Shown one piece after another: positions 12,551-24,136 of a stretch of DNA of 64,000 bases. Both the position numbers and the translations under genes were made by a program. The stretch comes from Felis catus (taxonomy: Eukaryota): assembly GCF_018350175.1 (NCBI RefSeq), contig NC_058368.1, positions 180,794,001-180,858,000 on the forward strand, in the 5' to 3' direction. Each line of letters starts with the position of its first letter. Position 1 is the stretch's first letter. Below the pieces are notes generated by a model. The model did not search any database and was not told where the DNA came from. It saw nothing but the letters and a program-made list of their open reading frames with translations.

Positions 12551-14279
12551 TGTAATGAATGAGTGGAAAGACCAAATCTATTGCAATATATGCTCTAATC
12601 TTTGTCTTAAATTCTTGATGATTCCTTTGTGGAAGGAAATGGAGCAGAATCTATTCAAGATGAATAGGCAACAAAGTCCCCTAATCATGCTGGAAACAGT
12701 GAAGCATGGTGAGGAATGCTTGAACAAGAGACCTGCTTTAGGGCACCACTCGGACATTCCAAGTGGGAGGAATTGATGAGTCATCTGGTCCTCACTCCCC
12801 TCATCTATAAAATAGACATTGGACTATACTAGGTAATCTAAACATGGATTCCAGCCTGAAAATTCTGCCTCTGTGCTGCCAAACGATTCCCGCTACTCTT
12901 AAATGATCAAGCCAACCTAAATCTAGTTGACCTTGATTCCTTCTCCTGGTCCGCCTTCTGGCAGAATCAAAGGACCAACTTCCCAGAAGACAGCATGACT
13001 TTACTTCTATATTCTTATCACCAGATCCTTTCTTCTCTATCTCTGACTCTCTGTCTCCACCTCTCTGCCTGAAATAGGCTTTGGCTTATCTCTGTGGCAA
13101 ATTCTATACTTTGTCTTTCCCCAACTGAATGATACTGTGACCCTGAAGATACACATTAGGGGCAGGACATGAGGGGACTCCCATCCAAATACTGCTTCCC
13201 TATTTCTAGACAAGGCCAGCAGTGGTGAAGACTCAGAAAACAAAGTACACTAAGACACGCACCATGTCCTTGGAACTTGTTCTCTCACCCACATCATTAG
13301 TATGAAATTCTAGGAGGGTTTAAATGCATGTGTACTACCTTCCCTCTATTACACTGAGTTTTAGTACTTCTAGTAATGCCAGATCAAATCACAGGGGTGT
13401 AGACAGTGATGGGCATAATTATTGACATTAGGACATGTTGCATCTTAGGACCAAGATTTTGTCTAATTAAATATAGCACAATTCAATTGTTACCTACATT
13501 GTGGTCCATTATGGAGCTGAATGACACTGCCTACCTGAGATTTTCACCGAGAACAGAGTGCATTGTTGAGAACAGGAGCTTAAAGCATGGAGTTTAGATG
13601 TTTTCCATTCATGGTTTTATTAAAAAAGCAAAACCAAAAATTGTCCAAAGTAATTTGACTTTGTAAAGGTAAAACTGCATCTCAAGCCATTTTCAGGAGA
13701 TGGGAAATGAATCGAGTTGTTTTGAGTTAACTTTCTCATCATGAGCCCTCGTAAAGAGCACTGGTTAGTAAGACAATAAATGAGCATGTTTTAATTAGAA
13801 AATGTGGAATCCAAGCAGTTTTGCAGGAAAGAAGATGATAGCTTCAAAGAGACATCAGGAGACTAATAAAAGTTAAAATGCATTAAGTGGCCATAGTGAA
13901 CTCAAAGGTAAAGTTGTGGGATGTTTGAGAAGTGAACCAGAGAGGGCAATGAATCAGAAGGGGATGGAAATTAGTCAGTGGAACTTATTCTTTCTACTTC
14001 ATATTGGAATCAGCTGTAAACCCCCTTCTGTGCCCAGGCAAGTGAGATAACCTGATGCCCTAAAATTCCCCCATTCCCCCACCCTGGCCAGAACTGTGTG
14101 TGCCCAGAGGAGAAAATCACTATCATCAGGCGATGAGAGAAGGCAGTGGGACTAAGGCAAAACTAGCATTGAACTTGACTTTTTTTTCTTTTTTTTGACC
14201 TGCCAGGTCTCCATTTTATAGTCGCCTAAAATCATGATGTTTGGTTATGACCATGCCCTTCTTCCTGCTATGATGTTTT

Positions 14280-14590
14280 ATGTGGGTACATGATCCAGGT
14301 CTAGCCAATCAACATGGCTGCTTCTCCAGGTGTTGGGGACTGGGTCCATTATGGGTATGTGACCCTCGTTCAGTTCAATGAAATTTAATGAAGGGGGTGT
14401 TGGTGAAATATCAGGAAAAAGATATCCTTTTTCTGTTAGGTTTCTAAGCTATGAGAATATAGTCTGTAGTTCCCACAAAGATCTCACAGAAGGTCTGGTT
14501 AAGAATGATGGATGGAAAGAGAGAAAAGCAAAGTTGAGGGACAGACTTCTAATGCCTGAGTTTACTTCTGTGAATCTAGTTCTTCCAGAA
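14280..14590 (+). mobile_element. Old MaLR LTR (MLT1J/K-like), 3' part missing
   Basis: gggtacatgatccaggtctagccaatca...gggtatgtgaccc...caatga...aagaatga...agaaaagcaaag. Confidence 0.5.
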
Positions 14591-14592
14591 TC

Positions 14593-15058
14593 TCCACCCC
14601 CACCCCCATCAACCCTCAGTTTGTTCTCTGTATTTAAGAGTCTCTTGTGGTTTGCCTCCCTCCCTCTCTCTTTGTAACTATTTTTTCCCCTTCCCCTCCC
14701 CCGTGGTCTTCCATTCAGTTTCTCACAATCCACATATGAGTGAAAACATATGATATCTATCCTTCTTTGACTGACTTATTTCACTCAGCATAATATCTTC
14801 TAGTCCCATCCACATTGTTGCAAATGGCATGATTTCATTCTTTCTCATTGCTAAGTAGTATTCCATTGAATATATAAACCACATCTTTATCCATTCATCA
14901 GCTGATGGACATTTAGGCTCTTTCCATTATTTGGCTAATGTTGAAAGCACTGCTATAAACATTGGGGTACATGTACCCCTGTGCATCAGCACTGCTGTAT
15001 CCCATGAGTAAATTCCTAGTAGTGCTATTGCTGGGTCATAGGGTAGCTCTATTTTTAA
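14593..15058 (-). mobile_element. Carnivore/feline L1 fragment (end of ORF2 and 3' UTR) lacking its terminus
   Basis: cccccatcaaccctcagtttgttctctgtatttaagagtctctt...cacatatgagtgaaaacatatgata...ttgctgggtcatagggtagctctatttttaat. Confidence 0.92.
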
Positions 15059-17779
15059 TAAAAAATGTGGTTTTAATTGTCCTATCATGGGTGTGCAACA
15101 TCTTTATGGGAGGACTAATTGTTGAGAAATGGACTTATAGATGTTTATACCCAACTGAAGCTTTAACAAACTGAAATACAATTTCAATACAACCTCACAA
15201 ATAAAAAAGAAGGGTTACTCATTCTGTTGTGACATATAAGGCAAGAACAGTTAAAACAATGATGACAGAAATTGGGGGCATTTGCCAATTTCTCAGTCAT
15301 TCTGGGTAAGAAGTGATTCTATAAGGGATTTAACAATACACAATTTTGAGGGTGAGCCTTTGTGGTTAGCACTGTCATGACCTCTAAGAATGAATATTTG
15401 CAAATACGACTCATGAAATAGCTTGAAATCATTTGGTGGGTTTGGGAGGGAAAAATACCTGTCTGAGAAAAAGTTTCTTACATTCTCTCCTCTAATCTAG
15501 AGAACGCAGCCCCAGTGGAGTGACCTGGCTGAGTGCCCTGTGCAGGACTACAGTGCTGGGGACACAAAACTCCACCTTACAAAGGCAGGCGAGTCTGAGA
15601 CTAATAAATCAAAGGAAGCTTCAGAAAAGTTGCACAGCCTACTTCCCCTGCCTGGGAGAACCATGAATGCCTTATCTGGCCTCTGTGAAAAGAAAAGGAT
15701 CATTGGGGAGCCAGAATTAGAAAAAGACTTGCACTTCATCAAGTCTATCCCTGTCTGAACCAGATAAAATATCCTCTGGGAAGCCTTCAGGAAATGCCCC
15801 AAGGGAGTGACACTTGATATTAGCTGAATGGGTGAAAGAGCACAGAGTTGGAAATATTTGGTTTTTTTCAACTGTGAACTTAACCCAAGAGTCTTCAACA
15901 TTTAACATAGACTCAGGGCAGAGTCTTGTGCTTACAAGGCATGAACACAAGGTGGCCTCAATCCGTGATTGGGTCCCCATGGTCTAGGCTGCTGAGGGAC
16001 AGTTTTTAAAAATTTCTCTTTACCTAGAACTTAGCAGGGGTTAACTTACAAGTAAGAAGTTCAAGTCCTTAAAGCCTTAATAAACTTAATAAGGCTTTAG
16101 TTTTATGGCGGGAGCCAAATTTGCAAAGGACAGCCTCTCCTTCGATAGCTCTGTGTTCAAGGATGATTCCAAATTTGCAGATCCACACCAAGAGCAGGTT
16201 GGAGTGGTCTTAAATAAGATGTGATGCTTGTTTCTTTCTTAATGCACCTAGTAATTTGCACACGTGCCACAGCACTTTATTTATTCTCTTATTAATGGTC
16301 TGGAGTGTGTTAAACACCACAAGTCGTAAATTGCAAAGCAGTAGATCAGACCAAGTTCTCTTTATTTTCCTGCCAATTGTCAGAAAGTGATGTGGGGTGC
16401 AGGGGTGCCTCTTCTAACCGGCTTTCTGTCTCCCATTCCCCCACCTCTTGCCTCCATCTGACAACCAACCCCTTGTCTCCATCTGCCAAGAAAAAAAAAA
16501 AAAGACACAGCCTAAATTCTCATTGGAGAGTTTGCCTATTGAGCAGCTCAGTTATTGAGATTAATAAGCTGCCAGTTTCCAAGGAAGACTAAGAAAACTA
16601 CAAAATTAAAGTGCACTGCAACGTGAAATGCTGCTGGTGGCCAGGCGGGATCACAGTGTCAAAAAGGCAAGGTAAAGCTATAAAATAAGGCTGAGCTTGA
16701 AAGGCTAACCTAAAGGTCTCATTAATTTCCATGCTGCCTCTGATGAGAATTTAGAGGGGGCATAATGTTTTGCAATATGGAGAAATCAAGCTGCCTATTG
16801 ATTTGAAAAGTGCTTGAATATATTTGGTTCACCCAGAATGAATTCTGGTTTTCAACTTCACTTGAAAACATTAAAAAAAAAAAGTCCCAAAAACCCAAAC
16901 AGGTTACCTTGGTTTAATATTCTCAAGATCAAGCTTGTCAGTGATTCTGTCAGAAAATTAATCCTTAGGTAGAAAAATCAATCTGAGAACAAGTTTGGAA
17001 CAGTCTTCGGGCTCAGCATGGTGAGGATGTTTCAACAATCTTGTTGCTTCTCTGTGAAAACCTTATTTACTAAAGGTCTTGTGTCTTGATTCCCAAATAC
17101 ACACTACCAATAAAGCATCTAGATTAGGCTAAGATAACTTCATGGCAAAGACAAAAAGTATATCTTCTAAAATTCTGATACCAAAATTAGATTTTTAAAA
17201 TGTCACTCATCAAGCCCAATGTGCTCATTTCTTTATCAGAGTACTTACACAACCTCCTACTAGCAGGAATTACCATGGTACTCCAAGTAGGACCAAGTGG
17301 TCAGCCATGTTACCCCTAGCCGTTTGGCTTTCTCTTATTAATCTGGCAAAGCTCTGTTTGAGGGATAAAAAATGTACAAATTACAGAACTGAAAAAGTAG
17401 CAGTGCTTCTTATTTCCACACTGTCAATTTGCTCTCACATTTTATCAGATGCAGTGTATTAAAACTCCGTAAATCAGCTCACACGGATCCTACGCTGCCA
17501 GGGCCGTGGAACAGCGAGGCCTCAGATTCAGCACTGTGGCTGCCACCAGACCCAAAGTGCTGCAGAGAAGAGTCCCTTAGCTCTTGCTGGGCTTTTGATT
17601 TTGTCAGCGACTCAGTCTACATCCAGTAACAGGCCAGAATTCATCCCATAGATAATTTCTTGCCTTAGGTCACTTATAATGCATTGACCTCACCATTTCC
17701 ACGGCCTGACATATTAAGTTGTTGTGTGCCATCAGAATAAGCATTGTTTTGTTTTTCTAGTTCCAAAGGCACCATCATT

Positions 17780-18005
17780 TGGTGGTTATGAACATGCCAC
17801 TTGGAGTCAGACCCAGGTCAAGTTCCAGCTCCACCACTTACTTATTTGCAGATGTGTAGGTAACATAATTTTCCCAAGCCTCAGTTTCCCTTTATTTAAG
17901 ATGGGGAGAGTAACATAAACCTAACAGAAGGGTTAAGGGGTTCAATGTGATCATGATGTTAAAACTAAGTGCCAAGCAAAAGGTATTTAATAAAGAAAAA
18001 TTGTT
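17780..18005 (+). mobile_element. MIR
   Basis: ttggagtcagacccagg...ccagctccaccacttact...gcctcagtttccctttatttaagatgggga. Confidence 0.75.
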
Positions 18006-18214
18006 ATTTGTAGACCTATGTGATCATGTAGGATAACTGCTAAATTGAACATATTTTCTGGAGAGTAAATTTTTAAAGAGAAAAAAAATTAACTGCTGAC
18101 AGCTCTGAACATGGTAAATATGCTGTTATTTGTAAGGCTGAATTTCCACATTACATCTATTATTTTGGAATCAAAATATTTAGAATCAAAACAGCTACAC
18201 TTAAGTCTCTTGTT

Positions 18215-19085
18215 ACATACGTAGAGTTAACGTGCCTGAAACTGCACTTCTGTTTTCTGCCACAAAACTTGTTCCATCCTCGGGAAATGAAATCACTATC
18301 CAATCAGTCTCCTAAGTTAAAAACCTGGTCATCGTACTCTCAGTAGTCTAACCCACAGCTCCACAAGTGTTCATTCCCACTTGACTCTACCTTCAAAATG
18401 TACTTCACGTCTATGAATGTTCACCTTCTTGCTAGATTGGTAGGAGAAAGCCAGATATGAGTACTACAACTACCAAGAACCTAGCGGACACCAGGACACC
18501 TTTCATCTTAACCATGATGACATTCTCTAAACTGGACCTACAACAGACTTACTGTACCTTCCACCATACCTCCAACATGTTTGCTATATGGCAGCTCTCA
18601 CAATTCAAAACAAAACCAAACAATAGTATTTTATTATTTCGTTCTCTTATTTAAAATACATCATTGACTTTTCATTATTCTTGGGCTAGAGTCCAAAACC
18701 TTTAACCCAGCCCAATGGCCTGCAACATCCTGCCCTCACCTGCCCTTCTAGCTTGCTTTCCCTTCCTGGCATCTTAGTCTTTCTTTCCCCAGCAGGTCAT
18801 TGTTTTGCCACCTAGAACATTCTTCAAGTCTAATTAACACTTACTCATCCTTAGGGCTCAGCTCAAATGTCAATTTCTCACGCGTCTGACTTCTCTATAC
18901 CTCACACAGCACTTAGTACATTTGTCATGGTGGGGAGGCATGTATCTAATCATTTGTACACTTCTGTCTACATCCAGCCTGGAAACACCACAAGGGCAAG
19001 GGCTTTGCTTTTCTTCTTCACTGCTGAATCCTCAGTACTTGGCACATGATAGGTTCTCATAGTTATTTCTTGAATGAATAATGGA
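18215..19085 (+). mobile_element. L2 remnant
   Basis: ttaacgtgcctgaaactgcact...ctctaccttcaaaat...tactcatccttagggctcagctcaaatgtca...ttcactgctgaatcctcagtac...ttgaatgaata. Confidence 0.7.
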
Positions 19086-19230
19086 TGATGATCTTAAAAA
19101 GCAACTTGCAAACTTCTTTGTAACTTGGGGATTTTGATAGTTAAAATTAGGGCTTCTGGAGTTAAGGGTCTGATGGAGATTTTTTATGTATTTATTTTCT
19201 GTTCACCCTGTGTCAAGATTTGTAAAGACA

Positions 19231-19449
19231 GGGGCGCCTGGGTGGCTCAGTCGGTTAAGCGGCCGACTCCGCTCAGGTCATGATCTCGCACTCCGTGGGT
19301 TCGAGCCCCGCGTCGGGCTCTGTGCTGACCGCTCAGAGCCTGGAGCCTGTTTCGGATTCTGTGTCTCCCTCTCTCTGACCCTCCCCCGTTCATGCTCTGT
19401 CTCTGTCTCAAAAATAAATAAACGTTAATAAAAAAAATTAAAAAAAAAA
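19231..19449 (+). mobile_element. Young full-length feline Can-SINE
   Basis: ggggcgcctgggtggctcagtcggttaagcggccgact..., intact A and B boxes, many CpGs retained; perfect 16-bp TSD AAGATTTGTAAAGACA (19215-19230, 19450-19465). Confidence 0.98.
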
Positions 19450-20689
19450 AAGATTTGTAAAGACAGAAAAGGAATTACTGACCAAAAATGGGAGCTTCTG
19501 GTATTTTAGGGAGAAAGTAAAACCAGAGGGAAGTTTTACTCTGCCAGGGGATTCTCTTTACTGATGTGCTGCTGAGAGATTCAGAGAGAATTCAATAAAA
19601 CACATAGAAGAAGGAAAGTTAGCTTCTGTCATCAAGCTACTTTGTACCATTTTAGACAAGAGAAGCTGACTTCAGAAACTCCCCAAGGAGCAGCTGGCCT
19701 GGAAGATTCCTGGCCTTGTTATTCTCAGGAGGGAAAAGTGTAGATGGATAGTATCAACCAGGAATTGCACATGGATTTTGTTTCAAGATGTAAGTGGGTG
19801 GAAATAAAGATGGTGGTGATTTTGTTACACATCATATTAGATAAAGACAGTATTGACTGCTTGCATTTAGCTCCTCTGCCCTGAGTTTTTTTTTTTTTTT
19901 CCTTAGATTATGTTATGGTTTATACATGAATTGACTGGTTTTGGTAGTAGAAACGTATATGCACTGGTCTCTTACATGATTAACATCGGTAGAGAATTTT
20001 TAGGCTTTTTGTCTTGTGTTAAACTCGTAATTCATACAGTCCCATTTTTGGGCTATGCCTCCTTAACCAGCACCTTTAATTCTACTTGTCACGGAAAAAA
20101 ATGGAAAAAAAAGCGCAGTCTAGAGAAGATGTAACATGCCTCATTAAGATGGATGGGAATGTCAAAAAGCAATGCAGAGAAGCAAGGGTTTGCTCCTCAC
20201 TGGTCTAAAGAAACACGTTGGACTTGGCTTAGAGTCTCTGGGGGTGGCAGCATGCCTGCTCATCACCTCCCAGTTATGAAATTCTTCCATCACACCCAGA
20301 AGTCTGTGTTAGGGAGAGTAGAGGTGGTGAAGCCGTTTGTAAATTTCCAGTGCATTTTCGAAATTGATGACTACATCATGATCAGCCTCTATGACCTGCC
20401 TTCAATGGTTTCTCTCCTGGATATAGTTAACCAATCCTTATTTGGTATAAAAATAAGAATGGGAATCCTAGTATGGCATCATGCCCATAAAAGAAGGGCT
20501 CCCATGTCTACACTTTCTCTTGTGGGTAAGAAAATGATCCTATGAAACTCACAATGTTCCAACATTTGAATAAGTGACTTTGTTCAGTTCTACAGTTTCC
20601 AAGACTATATTAAAAAAAAATACTAGGGAACAGAAACAAATAGTACGCTACAATCTTTGACTTTTTTTTCTACCTATCTATTACGCAAA

Positions 20690-20975
20690 TTATTATCCTC
20701 CTCTAAAAACCCAATTCAAACAGATACTCAGTTTGAAATGTTTCCTGATCATCCTGGGAGAGTTAATCACTTCATCCACTGTATGGTCACTTTAGTCTTA
20801 AAGTGTATTGTATACACCGCACTACCCCTCTGTTTATGTACCTATCTCTTCCTTTAGATTGTGTGAACTTCAAGGGCAAGTTTCATGTGTTACTCATGAC
20901 CTCCCTAGCACCTCATATAGTGTGTTTGGTATACATGAGGGACTCAGTAAATATTTGCTAATAAGACACTGAATG
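20690..20975 (+). mobile_element. L2 3' end
   Basis: tagattgtgtgaacttcaagggcaag...ccctagcacctcatatagtg...ctcagtaaatatttgct. Confidence 0.6.
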
Positions 20976-22260
20976 ATAATATTTTAAAAAGAAATGTAAA
21001 GCTCAACAATTCTATTAATTACTGCTGAAGTTTTCATATATGGGACCAGATGCACATCCAAGTTATATGTATTCATGAATTCCATGAACAGAGCTGCTGA
21101 CTTCTGCACCCTGTGTTTGACTTCTGGTGATAGCCCTATCCCAAGGGCCTCATATTCTCTAATCTTTGGCCCTGGAATGCACTGATCAAAGGATATCCAG
21201 ATGTTCTTGCTTGCTTTTTTCTTCTGACTGACTTCAACATTTTGGCAATCCTATCTACTCAAGCATTGTATTGAACTTGCCTCCTCCAAAACCTCCATTG
21301 AGAAGCCCTAATCCTTGGAGAAATGACAAATATATAAATGATTTACGGAAGGACTCTATAGATCAGATACAAATTCTAGGAAAGCTAACTTCAGAAAAAT
21401 AGGAAGGTGACACACTTGGCTCTGCTGGTCCTCTCTCTACCAGATACTTGTCAAGATAACACTTGATTGCAAATGGTTTTGTAAAGTAACTCTCCTGGAA
21501 AATGAATTATTTTCATCAGCAGCTAGGAGACAGGAGATGGTTTCTGCACCATATGCCTTGTAATCACCAAAGGGAGAATCTTTGTGAGGAGCAAACACTC
21601 TGATGGATTTTGCCCTGTAAATGTAACAATTAGGGCAATAAATGTAGTCTTGTATGTATTCATTTATCAGACATCATGCCACCTTATTTTGTGTGTGGAA
21701 ACCAGTGGAGGTCCATCCAAGGTGGTTCAGAATGTCCCATCTCACTGAAGCCCTAGACCTCTTGCAAGTTACTTTGCCCCTACACATCTAGATTGTGCAT
21801 CTTTAAAAAGGTGGAAGTAATGGTCCCTTCCTGCCTCACTCTATTATTTCAGGCTCTAATGAGATAATGCAATAAAGAATGAATACCAGGTAGATACAAA
21901 GTGCATCGTAAAAACTGGTGATGAATGGTGATGGTGGTCCTCTTCCTTCCTTCCTCTCCTCCTCCACTTTCTACAATGGCTAGTACATTTCTCCTTCCCT
22001 TTCTCCTCATCCTTCTCCTTCATCTAGTCCCCTCTATGTAGCCTTTATGTCCAGAAACTCTTTTTCAAACAAAAGACTGTTAATGTAAAAGAAGGTTGAC
22101 TAACGCCCAAAAAACTCTGTGACAGAAGGAAAAAAAAAAAGACAGAAAGTCTTCTACAGCCTTAAAGATCACCACCAACTATGAAAATATCCTGAATTAA
22201 GCCATGTGGACCAGTCTGCTTTCAGCCTAGAAACCTTTTGACAGAGGTTTATTAGTGCAG

Positions 22261-22435
22261 TTATTTTTAAATGCTTATTTTTGAGAGACAGAGAGCGAGA
22301 GAAGGAGACAAGAGAACCCAAAGCACGCTTCATGCCATCAGAGGAGAGCCTGACACGAGGCTCCAACCCACAAACCGTGAGATCATGAGCAGAGCCAAAG
22401 TTGGATGCTTAACCAACTGAGCCACCCAGGTGCCC
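22261..22435 (-). mobile_element. Can-SINE
   Basis: aaccgtgagatcatga...cttaaccaactgagccacccaggtgccc; TSD TATTAGTGCAG (22250, 22437). Confidence 0.93.
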
Positions 22436-22787
22436 ATATTAGTGCAGATGTTTAAATATATCTATTGTATGTAATATACACATATAATTTCTACTGACTT
22501 TCATATTTTAAGCCTCACAGATTAAGAATGTAGGCATCATTAAAAATAACCTATATCATCAGAGAATAAAATTTATTACAGTTTAGAGTGACCACAGTGA
22601 CAATGGTGCACAAGTTATTCAAGATCTTAAAAAATAGTAAAAGAATATTATAGGTACGAAATGACAGAAATGCTATGGCTTGCATAGTCGCTTCCAGCAG
22701 TGTGCAGAGAATTCACTTGCCATTACAGATTCCTTTTGTTTTTCCTCAAACCTAGCTTATTAACATTTAAAAACTTAAGTGAGAACT

Positions 22788-22804
22788 GTTTATTTATTTA
22801 TTTT

Positions 22805-22842
<38 letters not shown>

Positions 22843-23001
22843 AGGGGGAGGGGCAGAGAGAGAGGGAGAGAGATAATTCCAAGTAGGCTCTGTGCTTTCA
22901 GTGCTGAGCCTCACACAGGGCTCAAACTCACACTGTGAGATCATGACCTGAGCCAAAACCAAAAGTGGGACACTGAACAGACTGAGCCACTCAGGTGGCC
23001 C
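22788..23001 (-). mobile_element. Can-SINE
   Basis: GA tract, gtgagatcatgacctgagcc...actgagccactcaggtggccc; TSD TAAGTGAGAACT (22776, 23002). Confidence 0.93.
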
Positions 23002-23901
23002 TAAGTGAGAACTTTTTCAAGGGTCAGCATGAATTATCGTCTTTCTCTGTTTCGTTTTCATGGTTCTTTTTGGCAAGGAAACGATAATAACTGGAGCATA
23101 CAAACCATGACAGGGTCTGGGGTTGGGGTGCAACAGCGTTCCCCCATCTAGCAGCCCACCCACAGCCTTCACAGTCATTCCTTCCCAGCCCATCGCACTG
23201 TGACCCACACACCTTGTCTCAGGGCATTAAGGTGGGCGTGGTTTTGGAGGACCAAAAGGGGAGGCAAGAAAGGGACAGAAGAAAAGGCAAAACACACAAA
23301 GCCAGACGTGGAGATCACTTTGAAACTCTTCCCTCCAACCTAAGTGCTGCCCCTTTTCTCTTGTTTGTTTTTGTACATTCTTGTTTGCCCCTCAGGCATC
23401 AAGCTGTTAGTGTGTACAGGAGGGATTAAAGTCAGACGGCATGTTGGATGAAATATAAATTAAAATTATACTTCTGTCAGTCTGGAATCAGGGATTGTTT
23501 CTCAAGGTCTCCCCAAACACTTAATTTCAAATGAGTCTTCATTTATTACTTCAGGAAAGGCCAAATGCATAATTTATCAGCAGCTTTCAGTCAATATACC
23601 CTTATAAGCATGTTTCCCATGAGCCTTTGAGTAAAAATATGTTATGCTAATTCTATTAGTTGGGTACACAAGATCTGTCTAAGAGAGTAAACAAGCATTA
23701 AAAGGAGACACATGTGAACAAAGAAATACCTATCAGCCTATCATCCAGAGTCAAATTACCAAGGGAACAACAAAGAGGTGGTATACTTGTCCTGTTATTT
23801 ACACCAGGACCGTCTCCCCGACAAGAATCCTGAACCATCTAGGGGACTCTGTGCACATGACTCAGGTGGGGCAACAGGTGTGACCGGCGATGGGGACTTA
23901 C

Positions 23902-24136
23902 CTAGTCTCCAGTGGCACGTTGCTGTTTAGCACCCAGCTGTCCTGGAGCTGAACGGACTCCGGTGTGGTGGCCAGGTCATTGGGTGCAGGAGCTGGGGCG
24001 TGGATCTGGCTCCGCCGGTTGGTCAGTGAGTTCCTGTTGAGGGAGTTGGCAGACGAGTGGTGATGGGACAGAGTGTGGTTGTGAGGGGGAGGCAGAGGGG
24101 GCCTCAGAGTCGATTGGCTGTGGTGGTTTGGAGGAC
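23902..24136 (-). CDS. TENM2: Internal coding exon of teneurin-2 (intracellular N-terminal domain), 235 nt, entry phase 1, exit phase 2
   Basis: The minus strand reads ...cactgatggccatttctccttcttctctttgcag|GT CCT CCA AAC ... CTG GAG ACT AG|gtaagt, with a polypyrimidine tract, CAG acceptor and consensus donor. The 77 full codons are open and give [77 protein letters not shown]. This matches teneurin-2 as I recall it, including the teneurin motif [16 protein letters not shown]. CpG content is higher than in the flanks. Confidence 0.96.

Larger units (their letters stand above)
1..23901 (-). other. TENM2: TENM2 intron downstream of the exon (next coding exon lies outside the window)
   Basis: Donor at 23901. 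I did not find the expected continuation (HFLFK...) in 1-23901. Teneurin genes have very long introns. Confidence 0.8.
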
